DNA of 64,000 bases from an uncultured Enterobacteriaceae bacterium (GTDB lineage: Bacteria > Myxococcota_A > UBA796 > SXON01), in the NCBI GenBank assembly GCA_964457335.1, contig CAYWGD010000002.1, forward strand, positions 169,460 to 233,459, read 5' to 3'. The notes under the pieces are model-generated. The model worked only from the letters and a program-made list of their open reading frames with translations, was not told where the DNA came from and did not search any database. The translations under genes were made by a program, and so were the position numbers. Of this stretch, positions 49,401 to 57,727 are shown in pieces (within the stretch, counting starts at the first letter, position 1; every line of letters starts with the position of its first letter).

Positions 49401-51231
49401 CAAGGCGGTGGGGCTCGGCCTCGACCAGGTCGATCGCCTCGCGAAGGCGATGGACGGGTGGGGGGGCAAGCCCCCGTCCGAGGAGCGGCTGCGGGAGGCG
49501 GGGCTCGATCCCGCGGATCCCGCCCTGGCGCTGACGCAGTCCCTCGTCGGCGAGATCCAGGGCTTCCCCCGCCACACCTCCATCCACGTGGGAGGCTTCG
49601 TCATCTCCGATGGTCCCCTCGTCGACCGCGCCCCGATCGAGCCCGCCACCATGGAGGGCCGGACGGTCATCCAGTGGGACAAGAACGACGTCGACGATCT
49701 CGGCTTCGTGAAGGTCGACCTGCTCTCGCTCGGCATGCTCACGGCCATCCGCAAGTGCTTCACGTTCATGCGGACCTCCCACGGGGTCCACCACGACCTC
49801 GTGTCGGTCCCGCGGGAAGACCCGGGCGTGTACGACATGCTCTGCGAGGCCGACTCCACCGGCGTCTTCCAGGTGGAGAGCCGCGCCCAGCAGGGGATGC
49901 TCCCGCGCCTCCGCCCGCGCAGGTTCTACGACCTCGTCATCGAGACCGCGATCGTCCGACCCGGGCCGATCCAGGGGGGGATGGTGCACCCCTACCTCCG
50001 CCGGCGGAGCGGCCAGGAGGAGGTCACCTACGTGGACGAGCGGCTGCGGCCGATCCTCGAGCGCACGCTCGGCGTGCCGATCTTCCAGGAGCAGGTCATG
50101 GCGATGGCCGTGGCGGTCGGCGGGTTCACGCCCGGCGAGGCCGACGCGCTCCGGCGTGCGATGGGCGCGTGGCGCCGGCGGGGCGGGCTCGGCGAGCTCG
50201 GCGACAAGCTCATGCGCGGGATGCGCGCGAACGGGCTCCCGGACGAGTACGCGAACCAGATCTTCCTGCAGATCCAGGGCTTCGCGGAGTACGGCTTCCC
50301 GGAGTCGCACGCCGCCTCCTTCGCCCACCTCGTCTACGTCTCCGCGTGGCAGCGCTGCCACTACCCGGCGGCCTTCTGCGCCGCGCTGATCAACTCCCAG
50401 CCGATGGGCTTCTACGCCCCGCGCTCCCTGGTCGCCGACGCCCAGCGGCACGGGGTGGAGGTGCGGGAGGTCGACGTCACAGCCTCCGACTGGGACTGCA
50501 CCCTGGAGCCGGGCGAGGACGGTCCGGCGCTCCGGCTCGGCCTGCGTCTGGTGAAGGGCTTCCCGGAGGAGGTCGGTCACGCCATCGAGGCGGCGCGGCG
50601 CGGCGCGCCGTTCATCGATCTCCCCGATCTGGCCGTCCGCGCCGGGCTCGATCGCGCCCCCCTCCTGGCCCTCGCGCGCGCGGGAGCGCTCGATCCCCTG
50701 CTCCTCCCCGACCAGCGCGGCGCGCGCGGCGCCGCCTGGGCCGTGGAGGGCCTCTGGAGCGGTCTCTTCGCCCACGTGCTCCGGGGGGAGGGCAACGTGG
50801 CGCTGCCCGTCGCCTCGCCGCTCGACGCGGTACAGTCCGATTACCACGCGACCGGCCTCTCGGTGCGGGCGCACCCCGTGGGGCTCGTCCGCGCGCGGCT
50901 CGACAACGAGGGGGTGCTGCCGCTCTCCCGCCTCGCCGAGGTCCGCGCCGACACGCCGGTGAAGATCGCGGGGATGGTGTCCCACCGCCAGCGCCCGGGC
51001 ACCGCGTCCGGCGTGGTGTTCATGACGCTGGAGGACGAGACCGGCACGGTGAACGTCGTCATCTGGCCGAAGCTCTACGAGCGGCAGCGCCGGGTGATCC
51101 GCTCCGAGCCGTTGGTCACGATCACCGGGGTGCTCCAGCGCGAAGGGGAGGCCATCAGCGTGGTCGCGCGCCGCTTCGCGACACTGCGCGCCGCCCCGCC
51201 GGTGAGAGCTTCCAGCAGGGATTTCCGCTGA
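46492..51231 (+). CDS. dnaE2: Single ORF encoding ImuB (Y-family polymerase-like) fused in frame to DnaE2/ImuC (error-prone Pol III alpha)
   Basis: GTG 46492 sits in a GTGA overlap with imuA. The ImuB part is ...GIHLPGFRLER...RWFLHGWLD (to ~47994). A (PPPDP)4 linker follows. The DnaE2 part starts ~48151 with VRYAELVCRSNYSFCEGAS...PDIDIDFEHERREEVIQYV...GRGSAANS.... I read every codon from 47941 to 48240 and found no stop. This is the 3' 1,579 codons of track ORF 45409..51231. Confidence 0.85.
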   Translation: MSQRGFLGIHLPGFRLERCGWEPRLPAVLVTTERGAERVQAASLPAGRAGVRVGMTLAAARALLPEIRVERLDPTGELADLEALCAALGRFTPAARPVPPDCLLLDVGPGAMAPIRACLAELGHASRMVLAEEGRTALALARHARRDRVVPKGGIAAALAPLPVSALELPEEVLLSLRDVGIRTVEQLASLPTSALVGRYGAAVASAHARARGVAAPSPLPLPPPREESAFRIDFPDPVDVLEAVLFVLNGLVRDLVGSVDRAGRAVVRVQVRLRLEEGEHVLPVRLGQPTRGHERLFRLLRARLERVQLGSPVLGVTLEVLEAVAFTPVQPGLLDRAQAAEPLPELCARLQDVLGAEAVCVPAPVDTWRPEASWVAVPWGQEPPKPPPTAVLPDPAAPHEPAEPARPRPAVLLAEPTALRVAAAPSGRPRALLLEREWTPLDPVEGPERISGDWWQDGGWARDYWRVGLPDGRRAWIYRQASSEEATPLAQRWFLHGWLDGTSPVASTPPPDPPPPDPPPPDPPPPDPPHPDPSVDGTQRREPSSRRAPRPTVRYAELVCRSNYSFCEGASFPEELVERAKELGLSALALTDRDGVYGNVRFHRAGGGIPLLHGSLLTLRAGEERVLDGGPAWSAVALVQDLEGWATLCRLLTRARGEAVKGRAELPLDALLAQNEGLILLARGDWPAEDLARLHEAAGDRLYRAVSRRLACGEEARIDGLVRGTVPCVATNDVLMHAPARARLQDVLACIRMQTTLPAAGTRLQPNAERVLKEPERMARLFRPWPALIARTVEIAERCSFSLRELTYRYPSEVVPDGYTAMEWLRELTRRGVRERYGPRPPEAVSRQIEYELAIVERLNFPAYFLTVHDLVRFARERGILCQGRGSAANSAVCYALGVTAVDPARSSLLFERFISEERGEPPDIDIDFEHERREEVIQYVYEKYGRERAAMVNEVICWRGRMAVRDVGKAVGLGLDQVDRLAKAMDGWGGKPPSEERLREAGLDPADPALALTQSLVGEIQGFPRHTSIHVGGFVISDGPLVDRAPIEPATMEGRTVIQWDKNDVDDLGFVKVDLLSLGMLTAIRKCFTFMRTSHGVHHDLVSVPREDPGVYDMLCEADSTGVFQVESRAQQGMLPRLRPRRFYDLVIETAIVRPGPIQGGMVHPYLRRRSGQEEVTYVDERLRPILERTLGVPIFQEQVMAMAVAVGGFTPGEADALRRAMGAWRRRGGLGELGDKLMRGMRANGLPDEYANQIFLQIQGFAEYGFPESHAASFAHLVYVSAWQRCHYPAAFCAALINSQPMGFYAPRSLVADAQRHGVEVREVDVTASDWDCTLEPGEDGPALRLGLRLVKGFPEEVGHAIEAARRGAPFIDLPDLAVRAGLDRAPLLALARAGALDPLLLPDQRGARGAAWAVEGLWSGLFAHVLRGEGNVALPVASPLDAVQSDYHATGLSVRAHPVGLVRARLDNEGVLPLSRLAEVRADTPVKIAGMVSHRQRPGTASGVVFMTLEDETGTVNVVIWPKLYERQRRVIRSEPLVTITGVLQREGEAISVVARRFATLRAAPPVRASSRDFR
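48019..48078 (+). repeat. 15-bp in-frame tandem repeat (ccccctcccgatccg, three perfect units plus a variant)
   Basis: Read directly from the sequence. It encodes PPPDP repeats at the ImuB/DnaE2 junction. Confidence 0.88.
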
Positions 51232-51304
51232 TGTTCCGACAGGGTGGCGCATGGCCGCCTCCGCCTCGTCCGTGTAGGATCGCTCGGTCCTGCACCGAGG
51301 CCCC

Positions 51305-52501
51305 ATGCGCGCGCTCCCTCTCGCCTTCCTCCTCTGGGCCTGCGGCCCCGCCACCCCGACGGTGGGGGACGAAGAGGCGCCCGACACCAATACCGACACG
51401 CCGGGCGACACCGACACGGCGGACACCGACACGGACACCGCCGCCGACACGGACACGGCCCCTGGCGAGACGCTCCAGCTGGGAGATCCCTGCGAGCCGG
51501 GGGTCAGCGACTGCGGGCCCGACGCGGCCTGCTGCACCGAGTGCTGCACCTCCGACGCGGAGCCCGTGTGTACCGAGCTCGACGAGCTCGGCGGGTGCCC
51601 GCTGCCCGACCTCTGGATCGACGAGGGGCGCATGGCCGGGTCGATCGACATCCAGGACGTGCCCTTCGAGGAGGGCGACTGCGCCATCTACGAGGGCTGC
51701 GTGGACGGCCCGGGGATGCGCCGGCTCCTCAAGTTCGCCACCACGACGCCCAACACGGGGACCGCCGACCTCTACTTCGGGGACCCGGACGACAACGACA
51801 TCTTCGAGTACTCCGAGTGCCACGAGCACGACCACTTCACCGGCTACGCGACCTACGAGCTCCTCGCGGCCGACGGATCGCTCGCCGCGTCGGGCCACAA
51901 GCAGGCGTTCTGCCTCATGGACTACGAGGAGTGGGACAACGGCGGTCGGGCCCGCTACGACTGCAGCTTCCAGGGGATCGGCGTCGGCTGGGCCGACACC
52001 TACGACGCGTACCTGGATTGCCAGTGGGTCGACATCACGGACGTTGCGCCCGGCAGCTACACGCTCCAGGTCACGCTCAACCCCGACCGGATCATCCCGG
52101 AGCTCTCGTACGACAACAACCGGATGCAGGTGCCCGTCGAGGTGCTCGATCCGGTCGACGAGCCCCCGGTCACCGACGACTGCCTCACCTCCGGCTACGG
52201 CGAGCACCGCAACTGCGGGTGGGAGATCGCCGGCACCTTCCACTGCGAGCCAGGCGAGGAGGTCACCCTCGGCTGCGAGAACGCCTGCTCGGGCCGGTGC
52301 TGGAGCGACACCACGATGCGCATCTGCGAGGGCGACAACGTCGCCTGCCGGGGCGCCGATGCGCTGGTCAACAACGACGACGGGTGCGGCGGCACGTGCT
52401 CGGCCGACACGTTCACCTGCCCCACGAGCGGCGTGGTCACCGCGCTCGTGTCGGCGTGGGCCTCCTACGACAACGCCTCGTGCACCATCGCGGAGCTCTG
52501 A
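51305..52501 (+). CDS. Lysyl-oxidase-like copper amine oxidase lipoprotein
   Basis: Lipobox FLLWAC with a (DT)n linker. The LOX catalytic signatures are collinear: FEYSECHEHDHF (Cu His-x-His-x-His), GHKQAFCLMDYE (LTQ Lys) and WADTYDAYLDCQWVDITDVAPGSYTLQVTLNP (LTQ Tyr). A Cys-rich C-terminal domain follows. Confidence 0.85.
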   Translation: MRALPLAFLLWACGPATPTVGDEEAPDTNTDTPGDTDTADTDTDTAADTDTAPGETLQLGDPCEPGVSDCGPDAACCTECCTSDAEPVCTELDELGGCPLPDLWIDEGRMAGSIDIQDVPFEEGDCAIYEGCVDGPGMRRLLKFATTTPNTGTADLYFGDPDDNDIFEYSECHEHDHFTGYATYELLAADGSLAASGHKQAFCLMDYEEWDNGGRARYDCSFQGIGVGWADTYDAYLDCQWVDITDVAPGSYTLQVTLNPDRIIPELSYDNNRMQVPVEVLDPVDEPPVTDDCLTSGYGEHRNCGWEIAGTFHCEPGEEVTLGCENACSGRCWSDTTMRICEGDNVACRGADALVNNDDGCGGTCSADTFTCPTSGVVTALVSAWASYDNASCTIAEL

Positions 52502-52609
52502 GAGCCGGAGCGGCCGCCCCGCGGCGGGGTTGGTAAGCGATCCCCGATCGGGCGCCGAGCCGGCGCGCCGCACCCCGTCCGCGCGTACGGGCGCGGGTTA
52601 GCAGCCTGC

Positions 52610-54220
52610 ATGTTCGTCGTGCTGTCGCTCTTGGCGTGCTCGGGGGGAGGCGCGGACCCCGAGGCGTCTTCGTCGTCGCCGTCGTCGCCGCCCGTCGCGC
52701 CCCCCGAGGACGGGCCGCTCGCGGAGCCGCGGATGGGCGTCGCCGAGGTGTCCACGCCCGCCGAGGTCGTGCGCGCGACCGAGGTGCAGGACCGCACCGC
52801 GCCGCCGCGGCTGGACGTGTGGTTCGACCCCGACGCGACCACCTTCGAGGCGCTCGGCCGCAAGCTCGAGTCCTGGGGGTTCTCCATCCTCGACGGCGAC
52901 GGCGAGAGCTGGCGGGTCGGCGCGCCGCCCGGGGCCGAGTGGCCCGCGCGGCTCCTGCCCCTCCCCGAGGTCGCCTCCGTCGGCGAGGCGGTCGACATCG
53001 TGACCCTGGAGACCGGCGCGCTCCGCGAAGGCAGCGAGCGCTACGGCCAGCTCGTGCACACCTGGTCCTGGCGCGAGGGCGGCCCGGTGGCCTCCGTCAC
53101 GGGGGGCCCCCCGCCTGCCGAGCCGCTGCTCCCGCATGCCCTCCCGCCCTCGGTCGTCCGCTGCCTCGCGCCCGTGCGCACCGCCATGAAGACGGGCGTG
53201 TCCGTCGGGGTCGGCTGGGAGCGGGGGCTCCTCGAGGATCCGCCCACCTGGGTCGCCGTGCTCGAGGACTACGGCGCGTGCAAGGCCTCCGGGTGGCTCG
53301 CGCTCCGGCCGGACGCCGCGGTGGACACCCTCACCATCGGCGGTCGGCCCGTCGCGCAGCTCGACCCGACCGTGATCCACGGCGCCGCGGTCGACTACCT
53401 GCGCGTGCTCCGCCCCTACGACGACCCCGCGGCCCTCGCGGCGTGGGACATCCTCCGGCAGGCCCCCACCGAGACGCTCGCAGCCGCGGTCGAGGCCGTC
53501 GCCCCGGGGCCGTTCCAGGAGCGCCTATGGGAGGAGCTGGACCAGCGCGACCCCGACGCCGCTGTGATCCTGGCCGAGAGGTCGAGCTCGCCCGTGCTCC
53601 GGGCGGGCGTCACCGCCGAGGTGGAGGCGCTGCGCACGGCCGCGCTCGTGGAGCCGGACGCCCCTTCGGAGGCCGTCTACGCGGCGCTGACGGTGTGGCG
53701 CCCCGGGCCCGCCGATCCCCCGGGCATCCTCGACCGCCTCCGCACCCACCCGTCGCCCCGGGTGCGGGAGCGCGCCTGGGAGCTCACCATCGACGCGACC
53801 TCCGCCGCCTGCTCGGCCCGCGCGAAGACCGTCGAGACGGCCGACGTGAGCCTCGCCTCGGCGATCTACCGGGAATGCCCGCAGCAGCCCGTCCGCGTCG
53901 CGGCGTTCAACCACCTCCTGAAGCTCGACCGTGTCGCCGCCGCGGCGGTCGTCAACGTCGTCCTCGAGGAGCCCGAGACCACCCGAACGGGCGTCCTCGC
54001 CGCGCGCCACGCCGCCGCGCTCGAGCGCTACGACCTGCTCGAGGCCCTGGTCCGGCGCACCTCCGTGTCCCGTGACGTGCGCCGCGTGGGGCTCGACCTC
54101 CTGATGAAGGCCGAGCGCCCCGAGGCAGCGGAGCTCGTCGAGCAGCACGGCGCCTACGTCGGGTACCGCCCGGCGAGCGCCCCACCGCTGGTCCCGCCCA
54201 CGGCGGACGGCGTGCAATGA
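52610..54220 (+). CDS. Lipoprotein with HEAT/ARM-like helical repeats, function unknown
   Basis: MFVVLSLLAC lipobox, a Ser/Pro linker, and a C-terminal half with repeated ...PSPRVRERAW.../...PVRVAAFNHLL... helices. ATGA overlap with the downstream oxidoreductase gene. Confidence 0.65.
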   Translation: MFVVLSLLACSGGGADPEASSSSPSSPPVAPPEDGPLAEPRMGVAEVSTPAEVVRATEVQDRTAPPRLDVWFDPDATTFEALGRKLESWGFSILDGDGESWRVGAPPGAEWPARLLPLPEVASVGEAVDIVTLETGALREGSERYGQLVHTWSWREGGPVASVTGGPPPAEPLLPHALPPSVVRCLAPVRTAMKTGVSVGVGWERGLLEDPPTWVAVLEDYGACKASGWLALRPDAAVDTLTIGGRPVAQLDPTVIHGAAVDYLRVLRPYDDPAALAAWDILRQAPTETLAAAVEAVAPGPFQERLWEELDQRDPDAAVILAERSSSPVLRAGVTAEVEALRTAALVEPDAPSEAVYAALTVWRPGPADPPGILDRLRTHPSPRVRERAWELTIDATSAACSARAKTVETADVSLASAIYRECPQQPVRVAAFNHLLKLDRVAAAAVVNVVLEEPETTRTGVLAARHAAALERYDLLEALVRRTSVSRDVRRVGLDLLMKAERPEAAELVEQHGAYVGYRPASAPPLVPPTADGVQ

Positions 54221-55410
54221 CGGTCCCGTACTGGCTCGACGGCGCCGCGCCGCTCGCGGGGCCGCTCGAGGGCGACGTGACCGCGGACGTGCTCGTCATC
54301 GGTGCGGGGCTCTGCGGCGCGTCGGCCGCCCTGGCGCTCGCGCGCGCCGGGGTGGACACCGTGTGGGTCGACCGGGGCGCGGTAGCGCACGGGGCCTCCG
54401 GGCGGAACGCGGGCTTCCTCCTCCAGGGGACCGCGGAGCGCTACGTCCGGGCCGTCGCGATCCACGGCCGGGAGCGCGCGCGCCGCGTCCACGCGCTCTC
54501 GCGCGCCAACCACCTCGCCATGGCGGAGGTCGTCGACGAGCTCGGCCTCGACTGCGGCTACCAGCGACGCGGCTCCCTGCAGCTCGCCGGCAGCGCCGAG
54601 GAGGAGGAGGACCTCCTCGCGTCGGCCACGCTGCTGCGCGAGGACGGCTTCCCTGCCGACGAGCGCGTGGCGGACGCGCTCGGTCCCGCGCTCCGGGACG
54701 CCGGCTTCCGGCTCGGTGTGCACCTCCCGGACGACGGCGAGCTACAACCCGCGACGTTCGTCCAGGGGGTCGCACGCGCGGCCATGGCGCTCGGCGTGCG
54801 GCTCCACGAGCACGCGCCCGTCCTCGCGCTCGACGCCCCGGCCCCCGGAGACGTGCGCGCGCGGACCCCCCGGGGCGAGGTGCGCGCGCAGATCGCGCTG
54901 GTGTGCACGAACGCCGCGGCCGGCGAGCTCCTGCCGGCCCTGGCGGGCAGCATCGACCCGGTGCGGGGCCAGATGCTCGCCACGGCGCCCGCGCCGCCGG
55001 TGTTCGACTGCCCGATCTACGCCGATCACGGCTTCGACTACTGGCGGCAGGACGAGCACGGGCGCATCGCGCTCGGGGGCTGGCGCAACCTCGACCCGGA
55101 CGGTGAAGTCGGCACCGACGAGGTGCTCCATCCGGTCATCCAGGCGCGCATGACCGAGTTCCTGGGGCGCTTCGCGGCGCTGCGGGACGTGCCCGTGACG
55201 CACCGCTGGAGCGGGACGATGGGTTTTTCGCGCGACGGACTCCCGCTCGTCGGGGCCGTCCCCGGGCTCCCGGGCGCGCTCGTGGCCGCCGGCTTCACCG
55301 GGCACGGCTTCGGCTTCGCCTGGGTCTGCGGCCGCGCGCTGGCCGAGATCGTCCTCGAGGGGCGCAGCGAGGTCGCCGAGCTCTTCCCAGCGCGTCGCTT
55401 CCGCGCCTGA
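54217..55410 (+). CDS. FAD-dependent oxidoreductase (DAO / sarcosine-oxidase-like family)
   Basis: Dinucleotide fold ADVLVIGAGLCGASAALALARAG. The C-terminal ...GFTGHGFGFA... is typical of the DAO family. Confidence 0.88.
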   Translation: MTVPYWLDGAAPLAGPLEGDVTADVLVIGAGLCGASAALALARAGVDTVWVDRGAVAHGASGRNAGFLLQGTAERYVRAVAIHGRERARRVHALSRANHLAMAEVVDELGLDCGYQRRGSLQLAGSAEEEEDLLASATLLREDGFPADERVADALGPALRDAGFRLGVHLPDDGELQPATFVQGVARAAMALGVRLHEHAPVLALDAPAPGDVRARTPRGEVRAQIALVCTNAAAGELLPALAGSIDPVRGQMLATAPAPPVFDCPIYADHGFDYWRQDEHGRIALGGWRNLDPDGEVGTDEVLHPVIQARMTEFLGRFAALRDVPVTHRWSGTMGFSRDGLPLVGAVPGLPGALVAAGFTGHGFGFAWVCGRALAEIVLEGRSEVAELFPARRFRA

Positions 55411-55517
55411 CCTCGGTCGCAACGAGGATTTCCACAGGAAGGTAGCCCGGGCCCCCGTCGGACACTGGCGGATGCACGCCTGCCGGAGATAGGAACTGCG
55501 GCTTCAGGAGCCGCTCC

Positions 55518-56531
55518 ATGGGCCTCGACTACCGTGTCCGCTGCTGTCCCGACGGCCTCGTGACGGACCGCCGCCGTCGCATCAAGGTGCTCGACTGCAC
55601 GATCCGCGACGGCGGCATCTGCAACAACTGGCGCTTCGACCGCGCGTGGGTCAAGCGCACGTTCGAGGCGCTCCAGGCGGCCGGCGTCGACTACATGGAG
55701 ATCGGCTACCGCACCCGCGAGGGCGCGTTCGACCGCTCGAAGGTGGGCGAGTGGCGCTTCCTCGAGGAGGACGTGCTCGCCGAGGTCACCGCGGCCAACA
55801 ACAACACGATGAAGATCGCGGCCATGCTCGACTGCGGCAAGGTCGATCCGAGCGACATCAAGCCGCGCGGCCAGACGGTGGTGAACACCATCCGCATCGC
55901 GACGTACGCCCACCAGATGGACGAGGCGCTCCGCCTCCTCGATCGCGCACTGGAGGAGGGGTACGAGACCTTCATGAACGTCATGGCAGTGTCGACGCTC
56001 ACGCCGGACGAGGTCGACACCTTCCTCGACCGCCTGCGCACCAGCGGCGTGCACAACGTCGCCATCGTCGACAGCTTCGGGGCGCTCTTCCCGTACCACG
56101 TCGAGCACCTGTTCCGGGTCTACCAGAACCGGCTGGGCGAGAAGATCAAGGTGGGCATCCACACCCACAACAACCAGCAGCAGGCGTTCGCGAACACGAT
56201 CGCCGCCATCGACGCGGGGGCGGACTTCGTCGACGCGACGGTGCACGGCATCGGGCGCGGCGCCGGCAACTGCCCGCTCGAGCTGCTCCTCTTCTACCTG
56301 GACAATCCCCGCTACGACGTCCGGCCGATCCTCGAGCTCGTGGACGAGTACGCGACCCTGCGCGACGACCTCCGCTGGGGCTACCACCTGCCCTACGCGA
56401 TCACGGGCTTCTACAACGTCCACCCGCGCTCCGGCATCCAGCGCATGTCGCGGCCCGACCGCTACGAGTGCCGGGAGATGTTCGAGACCTTCACCGGCCG
56501 GTTCGGGGAGCGCTCGGGCGGATCGGACTAG
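55518..56531 (+). CDS. HMGL-like / DRE-TIM metallolyase (aldolase-type) protein
   Basis: VLDCTIRDGG (DRE-TIM signature) and ...GIHTHNNQQQAFANTIAAIDAGADFVDATVHGIGRGAGN (HxH metal ligands). Confidence 0.8.
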   Translation: MGLDYRVRCCPDGLVTDRRRRIKVLDCTIRDGGICNNWRFDRAWVKRTFEALQAAGVDYMEIGYRTREGAFDRSKVGEWRFLEEDVLAEVTAANNNTMKIAAMLDCGKVDPSDIKPRGQTVVNTIRIATYAHQMDEALRLLDRALEEGYETFMNVMAVSTLTPDEVDTFLDRLRTSGVHNVAIVDSFGALFPYHVEHLFRVYQNRLGEKIKVGIHTHNNQQQAFANTIAAIDAGADFVDATVHGIGRGAGNCPLELLLFYLDNPRYDVRPILELVDEYATLRDDLRWGYHLPYAITGFYNVHPRSGIQRMSRPDRYECREMFETFTGRFGERSGGSD

Positions 56532-56537
56532 CGCCGG

Positions 56538-57593
56538 ATGCCGTCCGGCGGGCCCGCGCTCCTGCGCCCCGGCGGGGTGCTCTCGCGCCTCGGGGAGCTC
56601 TCCGGGCTCGTGTACCGGCCCACCGAGGCCGAGCCCGTCCCGGTCGTACACGCCGGGATCACGGCCCCGCTCGATCCGGGGAGCCCGTTCCGCGTGGTGT
56701 GCTGGAACGTGCAGTTCGCGGGCACGCGGCGGCGGAAGTTCTTCTACGACGGCGGAGAGGCCGTCCACGTGCCGCCGGAGCACCGCGACGAAGGGCTCGC
56801 GCGGATCGCCGCGGAGCTACGCGCGCTCGACGGGGACGTGGTCCTCCTCCAGGAGCTCGACCGCGACAGCGACCGCACCGGCCGGCTGGACCAGCTGGCG
56901 CACCTCGTCGGCCGCCTGGGCGTCCCGGCGTGGGCCAGCGCGTCGTGTCACCGCTGCCGGTTCGTGCCCGTGCCCGCCCGAGAGCCGCTCGGGCGGGTCG
57001 ACCTGCACGTCGCGGTCTTCTCCCGCGCGTCGCTCGGCCGCGCCGTCCGCCACCAGCTGCCGCTCCTGAACGAGCCCCGGGTCCGGAAGGCCTTCAACCT
57101 GAAGCGCTGCCTGCTCGCGACCACGGTCCACGTCCGCGGCTGGGAGAAGCCGCTGCACGTCGCAGTCACCCACCTCTCCGCGTTCTCGCGTGGCGACGGA
57201 ACGCTCGCGCGGCAGGTGGCCGTGCTGCGCGCGTGGATGGAGGCCCGGGAGCAGGCGGGCGAGCCGTTCGTGCTGGGCGGGGACCTGAACCTGCTGCCTC
57301 CCGGCGACGAGCCGGGCCGCCTGGGCGCGGAGGCCGTCGAGTACGCGGACCACCCGAACCCCATCGAGGCGCTGATCCCCCGCTTCCGCTCGGTGGTGCC
57401 CCCCGGACGGCTCCTCGCGCCCGACGTGGCGACCTACCTGCCGTGGGGCGCGACGGCCGCCGATCGGGTGCTCGACTACCTGTTCGTCTCCGAGGGGATC
57501 GAGGTCCTGGAGGCAGGGCCCGCGTCGCGACCGGACCCGGTCTCGGACCACTACCCGCTCGTGGCCACGCTCCAGCTCCGCGCGCCGCGGTAG
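56538..57593 (+). CDS. Endonuclease/exonuclease/phosphatase (EEP) family protein
   Basis: FRVVCWNVQF, VVLLQELD, ...VTHLS... and the C-terminal PVSDHYPLVATL. Confidence 0.85.
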   Translation: MPSGGPALLRPGGVLSRLGELSGLVYRPTEAEPVPVVHAGITAPLDPGSPFRVVCWNVQFAGTRRRKFFYDGGEAVHVPPEHRDEGLARIAAELRALDGDVVLLQELDRDSDRTGRLDQLAHLVGRLGVPAWASASCHRCRFVPVPAREPLGRVDLHVAVFSRASLGRAVRHQLPLLNEPRVRKAFNLKRCLLATTVHVRGWEKPLHVAVTHLSAFSRGDGTLARQVAVLRAWMEAREQAGEPFVLGGDLNLLPPGDEPGRLGAEAVEYADHPNPIEALIPRFRSVVPPGRLLAPDVATYLPWGATAADRVLDYLFVSEGIEVLEAGPASRPDPVSDHYPLVATLQLRAPR

Positions 57594-57727
57594 CGCGCCG
57601 GCGTCCGGCCTCGAACCGGCGCCTGCAACCTCGATGGCGGCGATCTCGCGGTCGCGGCCGCGGGGGTGCTTCCCGCAGAGGTTCGGCCGGGGTAACATGG
57701 CGGGAATCTCCTGCCCCGGAAGCGACC

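Noticed and set aside
47805-52601. 1,598-aa + ORF in an alternative frame over dnaE2 and the LOX gene
   Set aside because: It is an Arg/Pro/Gly shadow. The other frames carry unmistakable DnaE2 and LOX motifs.
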